This document shows, one piece after another, positions 12,176 through 23,500 of a stretch of 64,000 nt of DNA (positions within the stretch are counted from its first letter, which is position 1; each line of letters opens with the position of its first letter). The stretch is from an uncultured Planctomycetota bacterium (GTDB lineage: Bacteria > Planctomycetota > Planctomycetia > Isosphaerales > Isosphaeraceae), in the NCBI GenBank assembly GCA_963823665.1, contig CAWGMQ010000007.1, positions 224,001 to 288,000 on the forward strand, in the 5' to 3' direction. Below the pieces are notes generated by a model that searched no databases, was not told where the DNA came from, and worked only from the letters and a program-made list of their open reading frames with translations. Position numbers and translations under genes: made by a program.

Positions 12176-12637
12176 ATGACTGGCGGCGCGAGACGGCCGT
12201 CTCGATATCCGCGGTTTACCGTTCGCTGCCTTCTCATCGCCAATGCGTCGATGGCCGTGTCGTTGGCGTTCGCTCTGAGCTTGCCTCATCTGGAGGATTA
12301 CACCAAGTACAAAGAGAACGAGACGAGCGCCCGGAGTCGATTGTTAACCACCCGATCGGCCAGCGAAGTGGATGGTTTGCTCGAGCACGCCGAAGCGATG
12401 TGTCGACTGAGTCAGACGAGTTTGTCACACGGGGCGACCGGTCTCGCGATTCCCGCGCTTGGGCTCGCCTGCGGCGCAGGACTGGTCGCGTGCACGCTGA
12501 TTCGGAGAAAAACGACGCGGGATTATCGTCTCTTACAGACGGTCACAGCCGTATGCCGGACCGGATTGATCATTTTTGTCGGAGCCATCGCATTCTTCCC
12601 AGTGCTCGTAGTGATTGCGATCATTACCTTGGATTAG
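12176..12637 (+). CDS. Hypothetical membrane protein
   Basis: RFTVRCLL N-terminus and 3 hydrophobic segments. Confidence 0.5.
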   Translation: MTGGARRPSRYPRFTVRCLLIANASMAVSLAFALSLPHLEDYTKYKENETSARSRLLTTRSASEVDGLLEHAEAMCRLSQTSLSHGATGLAIPALGLACGAGLVACTLIRRKTTRDYRLLQTVTAVCRTGLIIFVGAIAFFPVLVVIAIITLD

Positions 12638-12839
12638 CGTGAGCTTTCGACTGTAGATTGAATCGTACGGTAACTGCAACCTGCGGGACGCGTTGCGTAA
12701 CGTGCGGTAGAATGTTGGTGTCAGCCGGCTGGATTGATACTCGTTACAGCCCAGCCAGCGGCGTCCACTGGCCGGGTCGGCCGGTAAATCCGCTGGCTCT
12801 TGCCTAAAACTGCTGCAATCCTCTCGCTTGGTGGCAATT

Positions 12840-13199
12840 ATGGCGCCGTGGCCCAACCAGTCCTGTCCTTATCCCGACTGCGGAGAGCCGATTCGGGATC
12901 TGCTGGTGGAGATGGTGCCCAACGTCGAGCACGTAAAACCCGAGTTCCGAGCACTGTTGGGACAATCGCCCGGGGGCGCCATCACGTGTCCATACTGCCA
13001 ACAGGCGGTAGAATATGACGGGGATGGCAAATCATTGGTGGCATCTGCGCGAGTGCCATTCCGATACTCCAGAGTTAAAATGGAGCGACGTGCCAGGGAT
13101 TATGGAAACCACAAGGGTCCGCCGGACACGACGATGACACCTGAACGATGGGTGGCCGAGGACAAGTTGATGCCTGGCGCCCTCTACGGATACCAATAG
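12840..13199 (+). CDS. Small Cys-motif (CPYPDC...CPYC) putative zinc-binding protein
   Basis: Two Cys pairs. The TAG may be premature, since the frame continues IEDGLP to an ATGA overlap at 13217. Confidence 0.6.
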   Translation: MAPWPNQSCPYPDCGEPIRDLLVEMVPNVEHVKPEFRALLGQSPGGAITCPYCQQAVEYDGDGKSLVASARVPFRYSRVKMERRARDYGNHKGPPDTTMTPERWVAEDKLMPGALYGYQ

Positions 13200-13216
13200 A
13201 TCGAGGACGGCCTACC

Positions 13217-13525
13217 ATGAAGCTGACGCAGGACGAATTGGAATTCCTGTCAGCCTGGGCGCGCGAGGAATGGGAGCCTGCGTGTTACGATTTGCCCGCG
13301 CATCGTCTGCAACTGGCTCACGGTGTCGCAGGCGCCCAGTTGATCGTGTTCATAAAAGCCTGGACGGAAGGTGAAGGCAAGAAGGATCAAGAGATTCTTG
13401 TCGCCGCTGCTAACACTTACCCCCGCTGGCCGTGGTGCACGACCGAAGAATTCGCCAGCCGGCTGGCAGAAAGCGAGCGAGCGGCGAACAGATCGGGTCG
13501 GAACAAAGCCGGGGCCGTAATCTAG
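13217..13525 (+). CDS. Hypothetical protein, coupled to the upstream gene
   Basis: GAGGA RBS, MKLTQDELEFLSAWAREEW. Confidence 0.6.
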   Translation: MKLTQDELEFLSAWAREEWEPACYDLPAHRLQLAHGVAGAQLIVFIKAWTEGEGKKDQEILVAAANTYPRWPWCTTEEFASRLAESERAANRSGRNKAGAVI

Positions 13526-13643
13526 TGTCCCGACAATCTCCGATTGAGGGATTGTTGGGCGCGGGTCTCCTGACCCCGCCGTCCTCATCGACCGTAGGTC
13601 TCCAGGCGCCCGACCCGCCAATCAGCGATTGTCGCAACACCAG
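13522..13643. mobile_element. MITE-like element with 17-bp imperfect terminal inverted repeats and an internal REP-like hairpin
   Basis: CTAGTGTCCCGACAATC ... GATTGTCGCAACACCAG (14/17 complementary). Internal GCGGGTCTCCTGACCCCGC. Confidence 0.5.
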
Positions 13644-13762
13644 GGTAAAGCGAGCGCGTGATTGGGACTGTGAAGATCCGCGCCCGGATCTCGAGGCTGA
13701 TGAGCCTTCGTTCCATACGTCAAGCCCGACCTGATTTGATCGCCAGAATGGAGATTAGTGGT

Positions 13763-14003
13763 ATGACACTCGAGATCGCGCAGCTTCTTCTTGTGGTGCT
13801 CCATCATCAACTACGCCCTACTCCTCGTCTGGGCGTTGCCCGTGATGTACTGGCGGGTCGGACTGCACCGGCTGTGGGGAAGGTGGTTCCGACTCTCACT
13901 CGAACAGTTCGACATGATCAATATCGGGGGAATCACGCTCTACAAGATGGGGGTCATCTTGTTCAACGTCGTTCCGTGCATCGCGCTCTATCTTGTTGGG
14001 TGA
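13763..14003 (+). CDS. Small membrane protein, DUF6868-like (frameshift ~13780)
   Basis: FFLWCSIINYALLLVW...FRLSLEQFDMINIGGITLYKMGVILFNVVPCIAL. Confidence 0.6.
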
Positions 14004-14178
14004 GGACGGTCCGCAATGGCGGATCCTGCGTGGATTTTTGTGCTCAGCGCTCCCTTTCGCCTCACGACGTCATTGCGCGGAACGAGTACTATGGATCGCT
14101 GGGTGCCGATCGGGCAATTCTGTTCGGGAATCATCTTGCTTCCAAACGCTCAAATCTCGAGCCGCGAAGGATACTCTG

Positions 14179-16800
14179 ATGATCCTTCATACCTTCAAGC
14201 TTGTTGTCGCGATCTGGCTTACGCTGCAATTTCAGGGCGCCGTGGCGGCGCAACTGGTCGATGGCCTGGGCGATCCTCTACCGCAACGGGCCGTCGCGCG
14301 GTTCGGGTCGAGCCGGTTCCGCCACGGGGGCGGAGTCGATCGTGTCCTGTTTTCACCCGAAGGCACGAAACTTGTGTCGTGGGGTGGCGTGCACCGGGTG
14401 TCGGAGGGAATCATCATCTGGGAGGCTGCGACCGGAAAGGAAGTGCGCCGGGTCGCGCAGCCAGGAGCGCGGCTGGAAGCGTGGGCCTGGGCGGCGGACG
14501 GGCGGCTGATCGGCGTTCTCAAATCGCCCGACGGCAAGCACGCGGTGTTCGACTGGAGCGCCGCCAACGTCGAGGGCCAGGCTCTGCCGGAGCGCGACGA
14601 TGGAGACGACAGCCGGTTTGCTGTGTCTCCGTCGGGCAAACTGCTCGCCGTGAGCAGCCACGGGCGCGAGGGGCGTGGATACACCGTGGAGTTTCGCGAG
14701 TTGAGCCCGGACCGAACTCCGCGGGACGCGCGGGTTCTGCGCGTGGTCCAGGCAGATCTCGACTACGCGACCGTGCTTCGATTCACGCCCGATGGGCAGA
14801 AACTGATCGTGTTCACGCCGCCCAACCGCCCGCAACGCACCCAGTGGACCGCGGTGGTCTGGGATGTGGAAACGGCGCGTGAGCTGGGACGGATCATTTT
14901 GACTGCGAGGGCATTCGGCCCGGGCGAGACTGTCGACGCGTCGAACGAGCGGATCGCGGCGATATTTCCGATCGGGACCGCCCGCTTGTATGACTTGAGA
15001 ACCGGCAAGGAAGAACGGCTCGCCGAGGCGAACGAGCCGGCCGATCGTGATGATGCCAGAACAGTCGGTGGCGCGGTTACCGTCCGGTTCAGTGCCGATG
15101 GAAGCACGCTGGTCATGGCCGGGCCCGCGGAGGAGATTCGATTCTGGAATGTGCGCGACCGGAAGAAGACTCGCGCGATCGCGTCGGGCGGCTACGGCAT
15201 CCAGCAGATGGTCTTGTCGCGCGATGGAAAAGTCCTGGCCGTGGGCGGACGCGACGGATTCATTCGACTGCTGGATACGGCCACGGGCGCTTTGATCTCT
15301 CCTCGATCGGGGAATGAGCAAGGAGTTCTCTCCGTGGCGGTATCGGCGGACAGTCGGATCGCCGCGACGACCGGGCTCGATCGCACCATCCGCATCTGGG
15401 ACCTGGAACGCGCGAAGGAGCTGCGCGTCATCAAGTGCGATGGTTACTTGAGGGACAGCGCGCTGACACCGGACTCGAAAACGGTTCTGGCCGCGGTGAA
15501 TCCCGACCTGGATCCCGACCACGCTGTCTTGCATCTCTGGGACGTGAGCAATGGAAAGGATGTTCAAGCGGCTGGACTAACGGGGACGAAGGCTGAATCG
15601 GTGCGGTTTGCGCCCGATGCGCGGACGCTGTTCACGCTTTCCGGGGAAACCATCACACTCCGGAGCTGGCCGCAAGCCGAGCGGCTGCGCGAGATTAAAT
15701 TTCGCCCAAGAGAACCCAGGGGGTTCACGGTCCTGGGGACGTTCCTGGCGATCTCGCCGGACGGGGAGCTGTTGCTCACGATGGTGCGGCACGTGAACTT
15801 GTTCAATGGCATGGCGATTGACTCCGTCGGCGGATCGCTTGACCTGTGGGAAACGAAGAGCGGAAAGCACGTGCAGCAACTTGCCGGATCGGACGGCTTC
15901 ACGGAACGCGCTGCATTCACCAGGCTGGGCGAGCTGATCATCACGAGCGATGCACGTCTCTGGGGCGCTGATGAGAATCCGCCGGCGCGATCAGGCGGCG
16001 TCGTTCACGTGCTTGACTCCGGGACGAGGCGGGTGAAACGAACGTTTCGCGTGCCAGGGCTTGTCACGGCACTGGCGGTCTCGCCCGATGGCCGGATGGC
16101 TTTTTTCGGCGGCCCGGATGGGACGATTCACGCGTGCGATGTTGCAACAGGTGGCATTCGCTATCGTTTGGCGGGGCACCACGATCGGGTGACGTCGCTC
16201 GCGACCACAGCAGACGGTCGTCGCCTCGTGTCGACCAGTCATGATGCTTCTGCGCTCTTATGGGACCTCCAATCGGACTTGAACGTCAGTCTTGACTCGT
16301 CGGTCCTGGAGGTTGTGCTCAAGGACTTGCTCACGGAGCCCAATTCGGTGTTTGAAGGCCAAGGCGGGCGCAATCCAACGATTTTCTTTATGACGGAAAG
16401 GCCTCGCATGGCTGTGTCGGCTGAGCAGTTACTGGACCCGACGCGATCCGAGAAGGAGTGGAAAAAATTATCCCCGGCTCAACTCGAGTTGGCGCGAGAG
16501 GCTGCGAAGAACGTAGTTCAGCGCCAGGACGATCGGGACGACCTGGCGCGTTACCGCCCGATCGACAAGCGGATCGTCGTCTGGGACGCGCAGCGCGCCG
16601 AAACGAAACAACGGCGGCGCGATGTCTTCGGCCCGCAAATCTTCACGGCCCACACGCCCGGCTTTTCGACGGACAAGCAGATTGCGATGGTGCGTGTGGA
16701 TTTCCCGTGGAGCATTCACAGCGGTTACAGCACATATGTACTGACCAGAAAGGATGGAGAGTGGGTCGTACTCGTTCGGCTTAGCTTTTTTTTCTCTTGA
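14179..16800 (+). CDS. Secreted WD40-repeat protein with an extra C-terminal domain
   Basis: Signal peptide, DGLGDPLPQRAVARFGSSRFRH and many SPDG...WD repeats. Confidence 0.85.
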   Translation: MILHTFKLVVAIWLTLQFQGAVAAQLVDGLGDPLPQRAVARFGSSRFRHGGGVDRVLFSPEGTKLVSWGGVHRVSEGIIIWEAATGKEVRRVAQPGARLEAWAWAADGRLIGVLKSPDGKHAVFDWSAANVEGQALPERDDGDDSRFAVSPSGKLLAVSSHGREGRGYTVEFRELSPDRTPRDARVLRVVQADLDYATVLRFTPDGQKLIVFTPPNRPQRTQWTAVVWDVETARELGRIILTARAFGPGETVDASNERIAAIFPIGTARLYDLRTGKEERLAEANEPADRDDARTVGGAVTVRFSADGSTLVMAGPAEEIRFWNVRDRKKTRAIASGGYGIQQMVLSRDGKVLAVGGRDGFIRLLDTATGALISPRSGNEQGVLSVAVSADSRIAATTGLDRTIRIWDLERAKELRVIKCDGYLRDSALTPDSKTVLAAVNPDLDPDHAVLHLWDVSNGKDVQAAGLTGTKAESVRFAPDARTLFTLSGETITLRSWPQAERLREIKFRPREPRGFTVLGTFLAISPDGELLLTMVRHVNLFNGMAIDSVGGSLDLWETKSGKHVQQLAGSDGFTERAAFTRLGELIITSDARLWGADENPPARSGGVVHVLDSGTRRVKRTFRVPGLVTALAVSPDGRMAFFGGPDGTIHACDVATGGIRYRLAGHHDRVTSLATTADGRRLVSTSHDASALLWDLQSDLNVSLDSSVLEVVLKDLLTEPNSVFEGQGGRNPTIFFMTERPRMAVSAEQLLDPTRSEKEWKKLSPAQLELAREAAKNVVQRQDDRDDLARYRPIDKRIVVWDAQRAETKQRRRDVFGPQIFTAHTPGFSTDKQIAMVRVDFPWSIHSGYSTYVLTRKDGEWVVLVRLSFFFS

Positions 16801-16879
16801 GCGGGCGGATTGACTTGGGATGATCGCTTGATGCGCCGCCGGTAATCTGCATCGAATTTGATGACCGCGATCAGGGGGG

Positions 16880-18220
16880 TTGAGATTGATGCTTGAGCGT
16901 TCGAAATGCACTGTCACGCACTCGCAGATTGCTTCCGGGACTTGCCCCCACTGCGCAATGACGACCGACCACGATTCGACCGCAGAAGGAGCCGCTGCAG
17001 GAACTGCCGGTGTGCGCTGGAATATCACCCGCATGCTCGCGGATCTCGATCAAGAGGATGAGGCCATCCGGCTGACGACTATTCTCAACCTCTCGGATCA
17101 CCTGCCGCCACTCGAACAGGCTTTGCCTGTCATCCGGAAAGGGCTCCAGGATCGAGCTGAGCGAGTGCGCAATCGGGCGCTGACAGCCACTGTACGGCTG
17201 GTAAAAACACCGGCAGACGAAGTCCTCGTGGCGGTCTGTGAACGATTGCTTCAGCAGGACCCTGCTGATCTGGCAGCTCTGCACGTCCTTCTCTTCTTTT
17301 ATTCCACCAACAGTTGCGAATCGGACAGCTACCGCGCTGCGCGGCATGCGCTGATCCTGCGGGTCAGTGAAACCATGCCGGAGGTGCCCCGGTCATTGAT
17401 TGTCCCAATGAAGCTATTTCCCCAGTCCGACGGTGAAGTCTTCGGGCATGCCAAGACGTTGTGGCTCAAGCAGGTTGAACAGCACCCGAAGAATGTTCGC
17501 GTCCTGGAGAACGCATCGATGTTTTTTCGGGGCGTCGACGAAGTCACGGCTGGCAGACTGCTTCGACGGTGCAAGGAGCTGGAGCCGGACAACCCGCACT
17601 GGTCCGGTGAACTCGGCCTGCTTTACTCGTTTCAAGGTGATCCGAAGCAGCCCGAAAGCTACACGGACTGGGGGAAGATGAGTCTTGCCCAGCTTGAGAT
17701 CGCGTGGAAGTCGGATCGTGAGCCGAACGAGCGATTTTTGGCGCTGCTGAGCATGCCCGAGGTTGCCCTCCAGGCCCGAGAGCTTGACAAAGCGCGTGAT
17801 TACGCCGCGGAGCTACTGGCCGCAGCACCGATTCAGGAGCACTCGTTCAGCCAGATCTGGGCTGACCGGCAGGCCAATATGGTGCTGGGCTGGCTCGCGC
17901 TTTCCCGGGGCGACCTTTCCGAAGCGAGGGTCCGGCTCTTCGGTGCGAGGACACCGGAGGGTTCGTATCTTATGAATGCCTTCTGCTTCATGGACCCACT
18001 CATGAAGCTGGTTCGCTGGATGCTCGACCTGGGGCATCACGAAGTGGTTCTCGAATACTTGCGGCGCAAGGAGGAGCTCGTGCCCGGGTTTCGCGACCGC
18101 TTCGTCAAATGGGCAGGCGAGATTGAGCAGGGGCGGAAACCGGATTTCCAGGACCGCGCACTGCTTGAGCAGAACTTGAAGGCGGCGGAGTGGAAGCGGC
18201 CCGACCGCGCGAATTCGTAG
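16880..18220 (+). CDS. HEAT/TPR-like helical repeat protein
   Basis: 446-aa ORF with helical repeats (ELEPDNPHW..LG.LY, ARDYAAELL). Confidence 0.6.
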   Translation: MRLMLERSKCTVTHSQIASGTCPHCAMTTDHDSTAEGAAAGTAGVRWNITRMLADLDQEDEAIRLTTILNLSDHLPPLEQALPVIRKGLQDRAERVRNRALTATVRLVKTPADEVLVAVCERLLQQDPADLAALHVLLFFYSTNSCESDSYRAARHALILRVSETMPEVPRSLIVPMKLFPQSDGEVFGHAKTLWLKQVEQHPKNVRVLENASMFFRGVDEVTAGRLLRRCKELEPDNPHWSGELGLLYSFQGDPKQPESYTDWGKMSLAQLEIAWKSDREPNERFLALLSMPEVALQARELDKARDYAAELLAAAPIQEHSFSQIWADRQANMVLGWLALSRGDLSEARVRLFGARTPEGSYLMNAFCFMDPLMKLVRWMLDLGHHEVVLEYLRRKEELVPGFRDRFVKWAGEIEQGRKPDFQDRALLEQNLKAAEWKRPDRANS

Positions 18221-18298
18221 AACGGCACGGCCAAGTAGCCCGGTCTGCGCGAGGGGCGGCAACAGTGAAGGCGCGCCGACAACAGAGGGAGCTGAGCG

Positions 18299-18769
18299 AT
18301 GAGTCTCCGACGAATTCGGTTCTCGCTCTGGCGGTTGATGGTTGTGATCGCGATCGTGGGTTGCGCGATTGGAGCCGGTGTCGCTTTCTCAAGTGATCCC
18401 AGCACCGCCACGAACATGATTACGGGGTGGGCGGCGCTCTACGGCGTTCCTGTGCTCGTGATCGTCGCGAGGGGCGTTCCGGCTGGTAAAGTGGTCAAGA
18501 TCGTGGGGAAGGTCGGTTTGATCGGTGTGCCCCTTGCGGGGTTATTTGGGCTGCTGTGTTTTGGCATGAGCGGGTATGTCGGGTTGATCGGAGGGTTCAC
18601 GTTGGCGGCTCTTGTGATCGGCTGGTGGACGCTTCTCGGGGTTGGGGTGTTTGTTAGATTCTCGGGTGTTGAACGGGTTCGGATCGTCGGTCCGGGTCCT
18701 TTAGATTCTGATCGGGGCGCGAACGCGGTATACTCGCGATTGCGCGTGCGCGAAAGTAACAATCGATGA
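18299..18769 (+). CDS. Membrane protein
   Basis: RFSLWRLMVVIAIV N-terminus and 4 TM segments. Confidence 0.65.
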   Translation: MSLRRIRFSLWRLMVVIAIVGCAIGAGVAFSSDPSTATNMITGWAALYGVPVLVIVARGVPAGKVVKIVGKVGLIGVPLAGLFGLLCFGMSGYVGLIGGFTLAALVIGWWTLLGVGVFVRFSGVERVRIVGPGPLDSDRGANAVYSRLRVRESNNR

Positions 18770-18921
18770 AGCTTCGCAATCCTTGGATCGACCAGTGGGT
18801 CGCGGCAGTGGGGTCGAACGAATACGAGTGGAGAGCGAGCCCTGGGCGGCCCGCGAATACGTGACTCGAAATGGGTGATCCAGGATCGACGCTTGGTGCT
18901 CCTGTGAGGGAGGATCGAACT

Positions 18922-19326
18922 GTGCAATCGCCCCGAGCGGCAAGTACGTGGGGACAGATGATGGCGGCCCTGGCAGTATCCACCCTCGGCTGCGCACAAC
19001 GCGACAGCGAACGAACTCCTGCGGCCGCCGCTCGGCCCGTCGCCATTCAGAAGCCGGCGGACTCAACTGGGCCGGCTGAGGGCGAAGCGACCTTCATCGG
19101 CACTGTGAGGAGCATCGACCTGTTGCCCAAGCGTGATCCGTATTTCAGATTCGCCGTGAATCTCAAGATCGACAGGGTCGTCTCCGGGCCTTCTCCCGGA
19201 AATGGTTTCTGGTTTGCAATCCATAGCCCGTCGCAGTCACGCGTCAAAGAGGGCCAACGATATCGAATCACCGCGAACAAGAGCGTCGATGGCTGGACTA
19301 TCATCTCGCGGACGCGATTGGATTGA
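18922..19326 (+). CDS. Putative lipoprotein
   Basis: GGAGG RBS, lipobox-like AVSTLGC and a beta-rich C-terminus. Confidence 0.55.
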   Translation: MQSPRAASTWGQMMAALAVSTLGCAQRDSERTPAAAARPVAIQKPADSTGPAEGEATFIGTVRSIDLLPKRDPYFRFAVNLKIDRVVSGPSPGNGFWFAIHSPSQSRVKEGQRYRITANKSVDGWTIISRTRLD

Positions 19327-19458
19327 TACGCGGGCGGGGTGCGGCGAATCGGGAACGGTTGCGTCATGGGAACTGGCAAGTATCCTCGGACGGTCATCTA
19401 ATTGGATCGGACTCTCAACTCCTTTCTGGAGAGACCCGTCTTGAAGCGACACAGTCAA

Positions 19459-21298
19459 ATGGCGGCGCGGACTGCATGCTCGATCGTTGCCTCCGGATTG
19501 GTGCTGGGCGGCGCTTTCGGCATTGCTTTTCCAACCGATGCTCTCGCGCAAGAGAAGCAGGCCGATCTGAAGGCGGAGAAGTTGCGTGCCAGGATTGTTG
19601 AGGTCCGGACGAACGCCGTCAAGCCGACGCGGATGCCGATCCAACTGGTCGATGGCCAGGGCCGTCCGGTACAAGGGGCGATCGCGAGTACTTGGTTTCA
19701 GCGTAACGTGGACACTGAACCTGCCTTCAAGGTTCCGGAGCGGCACGAATCGGCAATATCGAACGAGCAGGGCGAACTGGCGCTCAAACTCCAGATCGGA
19801 GCGCACCTGGACGCGGACGGCATCTGCGCGATCCGCCAGGATCAGGGTCTCCCCATCGTCGGCATGCAACGGGTTTCGCGCGAGGAAATTCGGGAGGGGA
19901 AGCCGGTCAGGGTTGTCATGCATCCGGCTTGCCGCGTCCGAATGCGGATCGAGTGCCCGGGGCATGTCGAGCTTGCCGAAAAGTTTCATGCAGACCTTGG
20001 CGGCGCGAACTGGTGGCGGTCAGCCTATATCTGGCTGGGGGAGGACCACCGGTCCCCGCGCCCACTTTTCTCCAGTTCGACCAGCGGACAGATCGAGTTC
20101 CTTCTGCCGCCGGGCCGGTTCAGTGTCATGGCATATGGGACCGAGGTCTATAACAGGGAGCGGGCCTTCGAGGTCAATCCGGGGCTTCGAGTGCTCAACC
20201 TCGGTGTCATCGAGGTGCCGCCAACCGACGCTTTCAAGCAAGGGATCTTTCGCGGATTCTGGCGATCGGTCCGCCGTGATGGTCGGGCGGTTGTGGAGGG
20301 GCTCGTCGGCGAAGAAAGGATTTCGTTCCATCCCCAGCGGCTTGGAGCTTGGCTAGATGGCGACGCGAGGCAAATCCAGGACACCGTCTATTCCCCTGAC
20401 GGAGGGTTGCTGGCGACCGCGCATTGGTACAACGCCGAACCGGGCGAGGCCAAGCTGTGGGATGCGAAGACCGGAAAGCTCAAGTTGACTCTCCCAGTTG
20501 CGAACAAGGACGCAGGTGTTATTGCTCTGGCGTTTTCTCCCGACAGCAAGATCCTGGCCGGGTCCGTTGGCTCGCTACCAAAAGCCCAGCCGCCGGGCGT
20601 GGTGGTCCTGTGGGACGTCGCCACCGGCCGCGAGCTGAAGACGCTGCGCGGCCACACCGCGCGGATCACGGCGCTGGCCTTCACGCCGGACGGACGGGCC
20701 ATTGCCTCCGGCGGGGAAGATCGCACCGTGAGGTTCTGGGATGTCGCAAGCGGCGGCGAGAACCGGTCAGATTCCTGGCAACCAAGGTTGGGTGCGCGCG
20801 CTGGCTTACTCACCCGACGGCAAGGTTCTGGCGGTCGGCAGCGGCACGACACTCAAGTTGTGGGATGCGGTCGGGAAACGCCCCGGCGCGACGCTGGAGC
20901 CGGCCGGGTTCTGGGTTCAATCGGTGGCCTTCGCGCCGGACGGGCGCACGCTGGCCGGGGCCGGCACGGTGGGTGGAGAGGGCAAGGTGCGCTTGTTCGA
21001 CCTGATCAAAACACCGCCGGACCGCCGCGCGGAGCTGACGCTGCGCCACGAGGTAGGAAACCGGCCGAACGATTGGATCAGCCAGGTTGTCTTCACGCCG
21101 GATGGGCGGCGAGTCGCCGTGGTCGCGATGCAGTCCGTTGTGATCTGGAATGCGGCGACCGGGGACGAGGAAGATTCGCTCAAGCGCGAAAATGGCAGCT
21201 CGGCGGACCGGCTTGCTGTTTCGCCCGACGGCCGGTGGCTCGCCGTGACGGACGTGGGGAGCATGCGCATCTTCGACATCAGCCCGGTGGGGCGGTGA
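19459..21298 (+). CDS. Secreted WD40-repeat protein (frameshift ~20760)
   Basis: Signal peptide. WD40 repeats continue in ORF 20741-21298. Confidence 0.75.
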
Positions 21299-21423
21299 GG
21301 TCGACTTCGATGAGAGCGACGACTACCAGGTAGTGCATTCAAACAGCCTCACGAATGGTAGAAGTCGAGCCAGGCCGACTATAAACTGAGCGCCCGTGAG
21401 CGGCGCCGCGACGGAGGTGCGAC

Positions 21424-22248
21424 ATGGAGAGGGAGAAATCGGGGATGGAGCCTGGTTCGCTGGCGAGCGAGGTCAAGAGCGCCCGCTCGGCGCCGCGTGC
21501 AGACATTCCGGCGGAACTTCGCGCGGCTGCGCGCAAAGCGCACGGATGGCTCCGGTCGGGGGCGTTTGCGATATCCGCCGGGATCGTCGCGCCGGTCGTC
21601 TGCTTGGCCCTTCAGCAGGTAGTCTTGTCCGGCGAAGAATTCCAGATGCCGGGACTGCGTTTCATCAACGTCTTCTGGATTTTTGGCTACGGTTTCATCG
21701 GGCTGGAGATGGTGGTCCTCGTGCTGCGGCTTGCATTTGGAGCCCGGCTTGGAGCCTGGAACGGACCGGTCGCGGGCGTGCTGTTTGCGGGGGCACTCTT
21801 CGCGGGAGGGCTGGGGCTCGTTCTCCTGCCGCTCAGCGTAATCGGACTGATTGTGCTCATCGGCGCGCTGGGATTCGTGCCGTTCCTCACGGCGGCCGCC
21901 TACTACGCCAATGCGGTCGAAGCCTATCGCCAGGCGCGCCGGGTGGCCGGCGGGCCGAAGCTCGTGGCTTCGGTACTCGTGGGCACGATGCTGGTCCTGG
22001 GCGCGCCCGGCGTCGTGCAGGCGGGAGTATCCCTGACATTGCGGTCGGCGATTCGTGAGATCCAAATGGGAAACCCGGCAGAAATGTCGAAGCTCCGATC
22101 CTTAAACTGGCTCGGCGCGAGTGATCGCCTGGTCTGGGCGTACGCGGGCGAGTGGGATCCCGTTCGGAGGCAGCGGATCGCCGATGCGTACAGGGAACTC
22201 ACCGGCGAGGATGTGCGCGTGAGGTTGGCCCAACTACAAGGGGATTAA
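21424..22248 (+). CDS. Multi-pass membrane protein
   Basis: GGAGG RBS and 5-6 TM helices. Confidence 0.7.
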   Translation: MEREKSGMEPGSLASEVKSARSAPRADIPAELRAAARKAHGWLRSGAFAISAGIVAPVVCLALQQVVLSGEEFQMPGLRFINVFWIFGYGFIGLEMVVLVLRLAFGARLGAWNGPVAGVLFAGALFAGGLGLVLLPLSVIGLIVLIGALGFVPFLTAAAYYANAVEAYRQARRVAGGPKLVASVLVGTMLVLGAPGVVQAGVSLTLRSAIREIQMGNPAEMSKLRSLNWLGASDRLVWAYAGEWDPVRRQRIADAYRELTGEDVRVRLAQLQGD

Positions 22249-22638
22249 TATACAATCACGCGAAAGGCGATCGAGTCAAGATCGAGCTTTGAACAGAAGC
22301 TAACAAAGGAAACGAAGTCGGAGATCCTCGATCATCCGATGCGGAGACCACTTTTTGGATGTGTGATCGGGAGCGTTTGGTGACGAAACCTGGCAAAGGG
22401 CGCAGTGACGCGGTTGGTTCTTGCACGATGCAACGTGAAGCACGCTGCGTACGGGCAATTCGTGCGAAGCATAGTTGGCGCTGGGGCTCATGCACGCGAC
22501 AATGCCCGGTCTTGGCGCGAGCGAACGAGGGAGCCGTCGGATTCTTCCGGATCCTCAGCGCCGGACGCGGTCAACCCGAAATCCGGTGTCCGCGCCGGCT
22601 CGCCCCTCTGCCGGGTTTTTGGGGAATTGGGAGGATCG

Positions 22639-23403
22639 ATGCCACCCGCGACAGCCAGCACGATCGTCGGTCTCGTTGACGCCGGAGGCTCGAGCGGTGC
22701 CAGCCTGGGCCGGTCCGACGAGTGGAGGCTGAGCTTCCACCTGGCAGGATGCCGTCATCCAGGGTCGGCAGTCGTTATCGGAAATCGGCGCTGTGAATTG
22801 CCAGTTTCCAAGGACGAAATGCGCTCGCTGATGGATCTCATAAAGCCCTACTCGATCGTCGAGGTTGAGATCGAGGGCAGCTCAACCGCTGCCGTGCTCA
22901 CGCTTCGTCGCATCGTGCACGTCGGCACGAGCGACCCGGAACTGGAGCAGCTTGCCGGGGAGCTTCAGCAGCCGATCGTGGTTCAAGATGCCACGCTCGG
23001 CCGGCTCGAATACGACCGCAAGTACGGTTGGTTCGCGGGCCGCGCGGAGTGGTGTGGACAGGTCGTACGCGTCAGGATTTGCAGTCCTGGTCCGGACGAC
23101 CGAGCGGGCGCGCTAGCGGCGGCGACGCGGTTGTTTGCCGAGCAGGCACAATGGCAAAGTCGCGTCAGGGAGTACGCGGTCGAGCAGTTGCTTCCCCTGA
23201 AGAATCGCTCGTGGCTCGATGAGGACGAGGAAGAGATCTCGGCAAACCAATTCCTGGCGAAGATGAGCATCGAATCGATCTCTATCGATGAATCGGGCGA
23301 CGTCGCGTTCTGGCACGACGACGGGGGCCTCTTCTTGGGGCACGCGATCTCGATCAGCGGGACCTTATTCGAGGGGCTCGCGAACGCAACTATCGCGGGA
23401 TGA
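22639..23403 (+). CDS. DUF2262-like protein
   Basis: LGRLEYDRKYGWF, LLPLKNRSWLDEDE, FWHDDGGLFLGHAI. Confidence 0.75.
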   Translation: MPPATASTIVGLVDAGGSSGASLGRSDEWRLSFHLAGCRHPGSAVVIGNRRCELPVSKDEMRSLMDLIKPYSIVEVEIEGSSTAAVLTLRRIVHVGTSDPELEQLAGELQQPIVVQDATLGRLEYDRKYGWFAGRAEWCGQVVRVRICSPGPDDRAGALAAATRLFAEQAQWQSRVREYAVEQLLPLKNRSWLDEDEEEISANQFLAKMSIESISIDESGDVAFWHDDGGLFLGHAISISGTLFEGLANATIAG

Positions 23404-23500
23404 ATGGGCCACTGATGGGATGATCTGGCAGGAGCGACTCGGTGACGCGTTTGAAAGAACAGGCCGGGACTAACTTTCCGGGGCACCGCCTTCCCAGGTA

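Noticed and set aside
12640..12830. Structured ncRNA or riboswitch
   Set aside because: Only one GC hairpin and no recognisable family motif.
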